Origin: Eledone cirrhosa
Lineage: Eukaryota
DNA length: 64,000 bases
NCBI GenBank assembly: GCA_964016885.1
Contig: CAXHJY010000830.1
Span: 124,001 to 188,000 of the forward strand
Direction: 5' to 3'
Part shown: positions 14,996 to 25,773 of the stretch, in pieces
Numbering within the stretch: the first letter of the stretch is position 1
How the letters are laid out: each line of letters starts with the position of its first letter
Notes under the pieces: model-generated
The model's database searches: none
Told to the model about the DNA's origin: nothing
Seen by the model: only the letters and a program-made list of their open reading frames with translations
Made by a program: the position numbers and the translations under genes

Positions 14996-15669
14996 ACTAG
15001 TATAAAAACTGACTGATGAGCAGGTGAACATTTACCACTAAAAGCAACATTAAAACTATGTTGGCAGCTTAAATTATATCTCCACAGGTCAGAAAAACAG
15101 CCATGGTTTTTAAATAAAATTACAACAAAGTAACAAGAATTTCTGGCAATGATATCAAATAAAATAATACATTCCATTATTTTTATTGGAAGTTACTCAC
15201 AATAAGGCAGCAAATAACTATCAATATAACAGACCCCAAGCAAGCACTTAATTTGTTGGGCATTCCAAATGAAATAGAAAAAAGAAAAAAACACTAACAG
15301 TTTAAAGAAATACCACCTTTGTATCAGAAGACAATTATTAGATTTAAAAGAATTAAGATTATATCCATTATTTAAAGAAAAAGAAGGAGGTGTGTTTCAT
15401 AAGACTGATATTCAGGCAAAAAAAAAAAAAAGAGTAAAAATATTTCCTACAAGAGGGAACACTCAGAAGTAAAATGAAGAAATTTACATGAGACATGTAG
15501 AGACTCTCCTTACAGGAGAGCAGGGAAACGTGTGGAAAGATGGAAATTGTTAGAAAGACTTGATTGCCAACCTTAAGGACAAGTGAAGAAAGTTTAGTAG
15601 AACAATTACTGTGGAAGTGTTTATAGAGGAGAGACAAAGTAATAATATCATAGTAATGAGGAAGGTGAC

Positions 15670-15820
15670 AATTTGGCAGAGGTGTTAGAACATCAGCTAA
15701 AATGATTTGTGGTATTTGTTACAGCTCTCTGCCCTCTGAGTTCAAATCCTGCAATGGTCAACTTTACCTTTCATCCAGTCTAGGTTGATAAAAAAAGTAC
15801 CTATTTAATACCAGGTCGAT
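15670..15820 (+). mobile_element. tRNA-derived SINE family A
   Basis: tggcagaggtgttag (A-box-like), gagttcaaatcc (B-box), then ggtcaactttacctttcatcc...gataaaaaaagtacc. Confidence 0.75.
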
Positions 15821-16223
15821 TCTTGCTCTATAACCATTTTTTACTTCCATTCTCTCACTCTCTATCCTTCTCTGGGAGAAATCTGCTGTATTCAGACCTG
15901 AAGAGGAGATGGGCTCAGCCAGGTTTTAAAAATGCCCTAGACAGGCAATATGGCACCCCTATAATTCCCTCAGGAGTTACGGGTCCATACATGCAGGCAA
16001 ATGAGAGAGGCATTGAAATTTAGTTACTAAATAAGGTTCAAACATGCTAGAAACTCACTTTGAATTCAATGAAGGAGAAGAAGGACACCAGCTGAAGCAC
16101 CTGCCCAGATGTACTTTCATACAAGCCAGGATAAGGGGCATTGCTTTGGCATGAATATTTTGAAATGGAATTGATTTTCTAAATAAAAGACCTAACAGAT
16201 GGTAGATTTGATTTTTTTAATAA

Positions 16224-16318
16224 ACTGTATATACTCATACATAAGCCAAGAATTATGTGACAAAAGAAAAAAAAACAATTGATGGTAAATTTGGGTTCAG
16301 CTTATATTCGGTCAATAT
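16224..16318. mobile_element. Short Tc2/pogo-like MITE remnant
   Basis: ctgtatatactcatacataagcc...gcttatattcggtcaatat resembles the termini of 46151-46643. Confidence 0.35.
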
Positions 16319-18242
16319 TTTGCCAATTTTCACCAACTTCAAATTAAGTTGCGAAAATATCTGGAGTGATTATTTTACAATGCAGCAAGGTTTTTTCTTC
16401 ATTTAATACATCGTCATTAATGTTATTTATGCATTCCCTTGAAAATACTAAAAACTTTTTCAGAATTTGAACTTTTTTATACATAAATATCCCATACACA
16501 TACACATTAATGCCAATAGTTTTTTCTCTGACTTTATACTTTTTTTTTTCAATCTTGCTTAAGATTGAAAACTTACATCTAACTTGTATTTTATTGCTCT
16601 CACTCTCTCTGCTTTCTCTCACTTGCTGTCCCTCCCTCTCTCTTCTACTCTATGAATCCAAAGTTATCTTATTTGGTAGCTTGCTTTCAACTACTACTAG
16701 TATGTGAGTGGCCGGAAGTAAAAAGAATTGAGAAACTTGTTGAATGTATAAAATGGAGGAAATGGTAAAAATGCATTACATAATGGAGTTGTGAAACAAA
16801 AACTATATTCTAAACGACACTTAAAACATTTTAAACATCAAAATATTAAAACATCACAAATATATTTGATACTCATGAGAATTTCAAAACCACACCATCT
16901 AAACATAATGTGTTGATTAGCTACCTTGGCTTATAAATAAGGTTTGGACTTTTGAGTATATATAAATAACATTTTCAAAAATTGTTTATATTTTTAGTTA
17001 ATTAAATTCAACAATAACTCATTATAAATAACTTTATAATCAAACTGAAAAAAGGTTGACCCAAAAGCTGCAGTGAGAGCAACCTATCTACAGGAACAGA
17101 CACTCAATAAAATGGCACAATATACACAATGCACTTAGTTCCGTGTATGATATATATAAATATACAACTAGCTCACTGTATTAGTTGTGGAGCATCTGCT
17201 TAAAATAATTCAACAAATTAATCATCATGCAGTGCAGTTCACTGATGAATAACAATATATTTTAAGACATTCTTAATCTAGATATCAATAAAATTTATAT
17301 TATAATATATTTGGAAATGATTGACCAAACTTTTCTCCAAACAGATAATTAATGTCTAAAATTAAGCAACTTCACATGATATGAAAATACATGTATTAAA
17401 GACAATTCCTTTTTTTTTTACTGTTTAGCCAAGGAGGGAAATGCAACACACATGACTCTTTTCAGAGCATCCAAGACACGTGAGTGTGTGCAAGACAGGA
17501 AGATATATTAAAACTGGAGAACTAGAGAACTCAATGAAAGACACCCTAGGGACATGTGGTAGTGTTAAAATGGACAATGGATTAAACTTACCATCCAAGT
17601 GGAATTGGACCTCTCAATTCAAAGAGCCAGAACAAATACCACTAGGTACAATTCTACAAACCCCCTATCTTTGACAAGTACTTTATTTCCCTAACCTCAA
17701 AAAGCAGAAAGACAAAGTTGACCGTAACAAATTTAACCCAGAGCACCAGCACAAGTAACACAAGGCATTTTTCCCTACATTAGAATATCAGTTTTATTCC
17801 TGAAATAGGAATAGTTACATCCTACAAAGCAATTTGCAATACAATTTGCCAAATTTAGAATTTTGTTTCCTTATTTCTCTAAACTTTAAATGAATGTTAA
17901 CAGAATTCAAATCTATATAATCTGAAGTGATATCAATCTAAAAAAATAAATTATTGAAACTGTGGTTGTTGTTCTCGGAAATCATATAAGTCGCTTTATA
18001 AATTGAACATGTCTTTATCTTCCAATGATATTTCCTCAAATATGACAGCAAAGACACAATCAATGAGATCTTCTCTTTCCTATCATGCTGTGTGCTAAGT
18101 GTAAATTACTTCAACTGTGTCACTCAGTAACTTAATGAAGTATCTTACAGTTTCCACCAGACGAAATTAAGCAAACAAATAACTTTAAGACATAGCTTAC
18201 TGAGATATCAATGATTTCTGAACAGATTATATTTTCTACATA

Positions 18243-18457
18243 TGTAAGGGTAGGCTGAAAAGTTCATAGGTGACTATGAAAGAATGATGCTTGTGCTATG
18301 AAATCTTGCATGCATTAATTTCAATTATTTTCATTAATAGCTGCATTGTTCTTTTCAGGGACTATGTTGAAATATAAACCTCATTTTGGTCATTCTATGA
18401 GAGTATCTTGGTCAGCCTATGAACTTTTCAGCCAATGGACTTTTCAACCAACCCTTG
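18243..18457. mobile_element. Mariner-like MITE
   Basis: Terminal inverted repeats aagggtaggctgaaaagttcatagg / cctatgaacttttcagccaa...caacccttg with flanking TA; short internal duplication in the right TIR. Confidence 0.8.
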
Positions 18458-18904
18458 TAAAGCTCACCATTTACTTTCTTTGCATATAAGACAGGAGATT
18501 TATTTTAATTTTTGAAAACTGTTTCTCAATTTTTACAACTTATCAATACAAGGTTGGGTGATATTTTGTTTTAAGTTTAGTACCTGAAAGATCTAGAAGA
18601 GTGTTTGCCAATTCACTTATGTACCAAAAAACAGCCAGGAGATTATTGACTCTTATCTTGTCACTGGAACAGCATTGTGTTTGTAGATGAGGAACATGGC
18701 TCTTGATGTCTGTGTCCACCTTGCTATCATAAAGTACTGTGAATAGTATTGTTTATTGCCATATACAGTAGTGCTATCACCATGGATTTGAAGTTTGAAA
18801 ATTGAATAATGGGTTAAAATACTGACATATTTTCATTGAATTAATTACACTGCAGTGTGTATATATTTTTAAGAGAATATATAATGTATATTATATTAAC
18901 GAGA

Positions 18905-19240
18905 AAGCATGAGTCTTAGTGGTTAGAGAGTTGGATTCATAATCACAATGTTGTGAGTCCAATTCCAGGACAGGGTGATATGTTGTGTCCTTGAGCAAAA
19001 CATTTTATTTCATGCTGCTCCAGTCCACTCATCTATAGAAATTAGTTGTGATGTCACTGGTGCCAAGGTGTATCAGCTTTTACCTTTCCCTTGGACAACA
19101 TCGGTAGCATGGAGAGGGGAAACTGACATGCATGGGTAACTGGTCTTTCACAAAAACACCTTGCCCAGGCTTGTGCCTTGGAGAGGAACTTTCTAGGTGC
19201 AAAATCCATGGTCATTTGTGACCAGAGGAGGTATTTACCC
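18905..19240 (+). mobile_element. tRNA-derived SINE family B
   Basis: tRNA-like head (ttagtggttagag...gtccaattcc), a gtgtccttgagcaaaaca central motif, and a body homologous to 31625-31840. Confidence 0.75.
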
Positions 19241-19314
19241 TGTATAATATTATGATATATAACAATGTTAAATATTTAAGTAAGAGACAGTAGACAACAA
19301 CAAGATATATATAT

Positions 19315-22300
19315 ATCATCATCATCACTTAACGTCCATGTTCCACGCTTGCATGGGTTTGGACGGGAGTTTTCCCACTTGAGGCAAGAGTGGTTGTCCT
19401 GCCCGCATAGGACTGTCTGGCGGGTTTTCTACAGCTGGATGCCCTTCCTAACACCAACCACATTGACAGTGTGGGACTGGGAGGTTTTTACCGTGTTGCC
19501 TACACGGCCACATTACAGCGTGGACTGTGTGTTTTTTTGTCGTGACACCTACACGATCTCATTTGTTTTGGCCTGGATGTTGGGGCACCAACATAACTTT
19601 ACATTGAAAGGGGCGGTGTGGATGGGGTGGGGGTGTATTTTGTTAGAGATGCCTACTGACTGTAGTAGGTTTTACTTTGTATTTAGGTAAGGCGGGTCTT
19701 CTCTATTACTGAATAGCGCCAAAGGTCTCGGTCCAGTGACATTGTCTTGGAGAGGTGTAAGCGTGTGAGGTCGGAATTTATCAGGTCGTCCCAGGTTTTT
19801 CTGGGTCTGCCTACTCCGTGGCTACCGTCTATTTTTAGCACCCTGCACTTTTTTATTCAGTTGTCGTCTTTCATGCGCATCACGTGACCATACCAACGTA
19901 GCCTTCTCTCGAGTAAACAACATCTGATCTCTCTTATTTCTAATTTTTCCGTTAGTTCGTTTATGCTTTGCCGTTCACGTATATTACTATTACACATCCA
20001 GCGGAGCATGCAAGCTTCGTTCCTCTCTAGTCTGCGTATATCCTCTGCACACAGTGCCCAGGTCTCACTGCCATGCAACATTGCTGTTCGTATGCAGGCA
20101 TCATACAACCTGCCTTTCATTTTTAGGGAGAACCCTTTAGCGGTTAATAGTGGTATAAGCTCTCTGAACTTTTTCCATCCAGTTCTGACTCTAGCTACTG
20201 TACTTTCAGAGCACCCTCCCCCACTGCTGATTTTGTCACCCAGGTAACGGAAGCTGTCCACTATTTCTATAGAACCCTCTGCGCAATTGAAAGAGCTAGT
20301 ATTTGTGGGCACTTGCTGCTACTTATTGCACCAGAGCACCGGCCACATGTAAAATCTATGTTCATAGTTAGCTTACCTGTGATCCCACTACATCTTTTAT
20401 GCACCCATACTTTGCATTTGGGACATAAAATGGAGTTTCTGCCTACTCCTTTCCTACACACTGAGCATGGCCATTTCCCGGAAGGGACCGCCGCCCTATT
20501 TTCCTTCCTACAAACTAGAACTTTAGTCTTAGCCAGGTTAATTTTAAGGCCTTTTGATTCTAGGCCGTGCTTCCATGTTTGGAATTTCTTCTCTAGCTCG
20601 GCCATTGATTCAGCTATGAGCGTTAGATCATCTGCGTATAGGAGTTCCCATGGGCAGCCGGTCTTGAACTCCACTGTTATAGCCTGAAGGGCAATAATAA
20701 ATAGTAGGGGGCTAAGAACGGAGGAGCCTGATGAACACTAACTTTTACGCTAAACTCTTCACTATATTCGTTGTTAATTCTAACCTTGCTGACTGTTTCT
20801 TTATACATGGCTTGTATAGCTCTCACAACCCATTCATCAACACCTAGTTTTCTAAGGGCCCATCAGATAATGGAATGGGGGACTCTGTCGAAGGCTTTCT
20901 CCAAGTCAACAAAAGCTAAGTAGAGGGGTTTACTTTTAGCTAGGTACTTCTCCTGTAGTTGACGTACAATGAAAAGAGCGTCTGTGGTACTTTTGCCTGA
21001 CACAAACCCGAACTGCATTTCATCTAGATCAATTCTCTCTCTGATTAGTTGCGCTATTACTTTTTCCGTGACCTTCATGATCTGGTCGATTAATTTAATG
21101 CTTCTATAGTTACTCCTATCTAGGGCATCTCCTTTACCCTTGTAACAGTTAATGATGATACTGCTACGCCAGTCCTTCGGAACAACCCCATTCTGTATGA
21201 CTTGGTTTACTATCCGGGTGACCATGGTGTGTCCCACCGTTCCAGAGGCTTTCAGCATCTCAGCAACTATTTCTGAAGGCCCAGCCGCCTTACCCGTCTT
21301 CATATCTTTGATTGCCTTACTTATTATACTACCTTCGACTAACACTGCTGGTCCCTCTATTGGGTCGATGTGGGGGAGACTGTCTTTCTCCCATTTATTC
21401 TCCTTATTTAGTAGCCTTTCGTAGTGACACTTCCAAGCTACCTTCTTATCAGCGTCAGTGATGGCAAGTACGCCATCATCATTAAGTATACACTTCTCCC
21501 CGACAATATCACGGTTTTCCTTGACACATTGCCTAGCAATCCTGAACACCTCACATTTTTGGTACTGCTTGAACTTTCTTTCCTCTGCTTCCCTTCTTGC
21601 GAAGTACACTTGTCTCCTAGCTTCCCTCCTGGCAACTTGATAGTCTTCTCTACTTCCCCCATCCCACCATACTTTCCAAGCTTGCTTTTTGGCCTTAATT
21701 GACTCCTCCACCTTACTGTTCCACCACCATGTTACTCTCCTACCTACAGGCCTGCTCCAGCCACAGACTTCGTCTGCCGCCATCAGCAGGTTTGCTTTCA
21801 GGAATTCCCACTCTTCCTCTATATTGTACGACTCTAATTGCTCTTCCTTACTGTCGAAAGCATCAAGTAATATGCTTTGAAATTTATTTCTGGCTGTGGG
21901 GTCCTTTAGCTTCCATATTTTTCTCCTGAGGATAGTCCTCTTCTGCTGTCTAGTACGTCTCGTCCTGACTATGAGGTCGCTAATTAGCAGTCTATGTTGG
22001 GAGGTGCATTCTTCATGGGGGAGGGATTTAGTGTTTACAACAGACACTCTGTCACGTCTTCTGATAAGCATATAATCTACCTGGCTGGTATGTTCCCCCG
22101 ATCTATAGGTGATCACGTGATTTTCTCGTTTTTTGAAGTTAGTGTTACAGATAGTTAGGTTATTTGCATCACAGAATTCCAGGATTCTGGAGCCTTCCTC
22201 GTTTCTAGTACCAAACTCATAGCCTCCGTGGATGCCGTCATAGCCGTCACAATGTTGTCCAACGTGGCCATTTAGGTCGCCAGCAATAATTATATAGTCA

Positions 22301-22855
22301 CTGTCGGTTATTTGGGAGGTAGTGAGCATCAGTGTCTCATAGAATCTGTCTTTTATAGCGCCAGGCAGTCCGGATTGGGGCGCGTATGCCGATATTACTG
22401 TCACAGTAGTTCTATTTAGTACAAGTCTTATTTTAATTATTCTGTCATTCACTCTATTTACGTCTATTATCTTATCCACCCATTTTTCTGCTAACATGAT
22501 TCCTACCCCACCCAGCCCATTGTCATTTCCCACCCAGAAAATCTTATAGCAACTTTTTTTACCCACAATGAATCTAGCAGACCCGCCCCTCCACCTGGTC
22601 TCTTAGATACAGCAGACATCAACCTCCTTACGTTCAAGCATTTCTACAACCTCGTTAGAGCGGCCTTTTAAGGTGCCTACATTCATGGTACCAACTCTGA
22701 AGTTTTGGATTGTGTTTGGAGGATGGGGCGCAGGGAGGGGTGAGGGGGATGAGGTTGGGGTTATGTTGGCCATCCGCGGCCGAAACAAAGAGGAGGGGGC
22801 CTTGCCCTTTCGTCCGGCAGCATGAGGTGAATTCGTCGTTATCTTTGGCATTGTC

Positions 22856-22857
<2 letters not shown>
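19315..22857 (-). mobile_element. RTE-clade non-LTR retrotransposon, near full length, disabled
   Basis: APE endonuclease motifs ([32 protein letters not shown]), RT motifs (QFGF, FVDLEKAFDRVP, LLYADD), RTE C-terminus (RLRWYGHV, GRPRKTW), 3'UTR and (GAT)n tail; (TA)n on both sides. Confidence 0.95.
19683..22857 (-). pseudogene. RTE ORF (APE endonuclease, reverse transcriptase, PHD-like zinc finger), interrupted
   Basis: Joins ORFs 22603-22857, 20863-22566, 20267-20674 and 19857-20312. In-frame stops at about 22603, 20863 and 19857; frameshifts near 20722 and 20312. Confidence 0.92.
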
Positions 22858-23430
<573 letters not shown>

Positions 23431-23590
23431 CTCAATTTCTTTATTAAGACCTAAGTATCAAGACTCAAACTTGGTTTTAAGAAAGAAAATATTAATATCT
23501 TCTATGATACTGAGTATTTTTTCGCTCAACCTTCAATACCAAGTTTATGCATGCCCACACACAACTATGACGAGCACAACACACATGAAT

Positions 23591-23644
<54 letters not shown>

Positions 23645-24133
23645 GGTAAGCATGAGATGGAAGAAGTTCAGGGAGCTATTACCACTGCTAGCTGCAAAAG
23701 ACTTTTCCGTCAAAATGAAAAGCAGACTGTATGATGTGTGCATACATGTAGCAATGTTACATGGTAGTAAGATCTGGGCGTTGTGTGTAGAAGACTTGCG
23801 TAAATTAGAAAGAAACGAACTTGCATGCTCCGATGGATGTGTAATAGTAATATACGCGAACGGCAAAGCATAAATGAATTGAGAGAGAGACTGAGCATAA
23901 GAGGAATCAAATGCTGTGTGCAGGAGAGGTGGTTGCGTTGGTATAGACATGTGATACATATGAAGGATGACGGGTGCATAAAAAGGCGCATAGCACTAGA
24001 AGTCAATGGAATCCGTGGAGTGGGGAGACCCAAGAAGACCTGGGATGAGGTGATAAAAGCCAACCTTACCCAATTACGCCTCTCAAAGGCAATGACACAG
24101 AACCGTGACCTCTGGCGTCACACAGTAATACAG
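23645..24133 (+). mobile_element. RTE LINE C-terminal coding fragment, same subfamily as the plus-strand long copy
   Basis: WKKFRELLPLLAAK...MLHGS and MLRWMCNSNIRERQ...GRPKKTWDE; highly similar to 28435-28925. Begins at (TA)n and is cut off by an inverted-repeat element. Confidence 0.9.
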
Positions 24134-24143
24134 GTACGGATAA

Positions 24144-24590
24144 GTCAGAATCAAATCTCTGAAGTAGAGTTTTAAATTACTAACCTTATAACTATAAGCT
24201 TGCTGATACGAATTTAGTTTGTTTCACCACAGAAATGTGCGGTATAACAGCCCATAGGATTCTCAGTCAGAAAGTATGGGTGCTGTTTACGACACATCTA
24301 GCCTAATGGATAGAGAGAAAGCTAATAAACACGCTGCCCAGAGTAGGGCGAAATCACAAAATATGGGCTGTTATACCGCACATTTCTGTGGTGAAGCGAA
24401 GTAAATTCGTATCAGCAAGCTTATAGTTATAAGGTTAGTAATTTAAAACTCTACTTCAGAGATTTAATTCTGACAATGTTTTTTTTATTTAATTGCTAAC
24501 CTGTAGGTACTGTTCTCCATACAGTAACGGTTAAACTCACACCTAATAATTTTTTACACACTTCTCACTGTGTAACACACTTCTCTATTT
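24144..24590. mobile_element. Asymmetric inverted-repeat element E1 (Penelope-pLTR-like)
   Basis: 113-bp arms at 24144-24256 and 24362-24474 with few mismatches, a ~105-bp spacer, and a one-sided tail running to (TA)n at about 24590. Confidence 0.65.
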
Positions 24591-24619
24591 ATATATATAT
24601 ATATCCATATATATATATA

Positions 24620-24815
24620 TAGGAAAAAGTATGACCCTGACGACAGAGCTCAAGCCGTTTCGTCAGCTATTTCTGGACGTCCAGAAACAGCCGTCGAAAC
24701 GGCTTGAGCTCTGCCGTCGGGGTCATACTTTTTCCTATTTCCCACTCTACTACCCTAAGTACTGAGTACTCTGGTGCGTTATGGTCCATCTGGTTCCTTA
24801 CCACAATTCCATTGT
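24620..24815 (+). mobile_element. Palindromic element E2 in (TA)n with the 3' half of a hammerhead fold
   Basis: Near-perfect palindrome 24620-24737 centred on ctggacgtccag; GAAACGGC-ttgagctct-GCCGTC at 24696-24718; unpaired tail to 24815. Confidence 0.7.
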
Positions 24816-24827
24816 TATATATATATA

Positions 24828-25079
24828 TTGAAGTTTCCGTTGAAAATTGAAACAGTCATAGGAGTAAGTTACAGAGCTAAATTTAATGTATAATAAACAA
24901 TACAATATAATTACCTCATTACCAGGTTTCCCGAATAAGACGAATACGAAAAACGTTCTCATTCGTTCATCGGACAAGGCAGTTTTCTTGCCCGATGAAC
25001 GAATGAGGACGTTTCTCGTATTCGTCTTATTCGGGAAACCTCTGGTAATGAGGTAATTATATTGTATTGTTTATTATAC

Positions 25080-25085
<6 letters not shown>
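24828..25085. mobile_element. Palindromic element E3 in (TA)n with a degenerate hammerhead-like motif
   Basis: Arms at about 24885-24978 and 24987-25082; CCGATGA (24992), a hairpin, then GAAACC-tct-GGTA (25035-25047); tail on the left. Confidence 0.7.
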
Positions 25086-25127
<42 letters not shown>

Positions 25128-25129
<2 letters not shown>

Positions 25130-25292
25130 TGTAAATGTGGTTGGTGTTAGGAAGGGCATCCAGCTGTAGAAAACCCGCCAGATAGTCCTATGCGAGCAAG
25201 ATAATCACGCTTGCCTCAAGTGGGAAAACCCCCGTCCAAACCCATGCAAGCGTGGAACACGGACGTTAAACGTTGATGATGATGATGATGAT
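25128..25292 (+). mobile_element. RTE 3'UTR fragment with (GAT)n tail
   Basis: Matches the 3' end of the 19315-22857 subfamily; begins at (TA)n. Confidence 0.85.
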
Positions 25293-25773
25293 AAGAGATA
25301 AGACACACTCTACCCTTAAAGGCTAAAATGAATCACTAGAGTTGATTTAGCTACGTTCCAGCCATCCATCCATACAAATCTTGTCAGGTATTTCAGCTAC
25401 CACAACACATTTATTTTGTTATCCTCATTTTCTCTACCATGTTGACTCTCAATCTGTCTATTTTTCCATCAAAGGCTACAGGCCATGACTGGCTATTATT
25501 ATTGCTGTATTCTATCAGCTACTTTGCCATGTTGTATTTTATTGGTTAGTTTGTTAGCCTTGACGGTGACCCTCACTGCCTACCTCACAATTTCCATCCC
25601 ACCCACCCGCTCACACCACCATAGCCTATTCGACTAATCAAATCTCAGCATGCCATTTCTTCTACTACTACTACTACTACCTAACTCTCTCCTCCCCCAT
25701 CCCAGCCCAACACACCTTGCCATTATTACCACCACCACTGTTCTTCTAGCCCTGAATTTTCCTACCGTTATGT

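Noticed and set aside
18905-18985. tRNA gene
   Set aside because: Only degenerate A/B boxes, no cloverleaf, and it continues into a SINE body.
22750-22830. HDV-like ribozyme at the 5' end of the minus RTE (GC-rich, cctcctc motif)
   Set aside because: I could not build consistent P1, P2 and P3 pairings, and the region lies in the coding frame.
24131-24503. Tc1/mariner MITE reading of E1 (TA-CAGGT...ACCTG-TA)
   Set aside because: The left tacag is RTE sequence, the terminal match is only about 7 bp, and it is out of register with the 113-bp arms. Kept only as an alternative.
24628-24730. Complete hammerhead in E2 using CTGACGA at 24637
   Set aside because: That heptamer is just the mirror of the stem III/GUC region. 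The stem II closing pair would be C-C, and the long palindrome would out-compete the fold.
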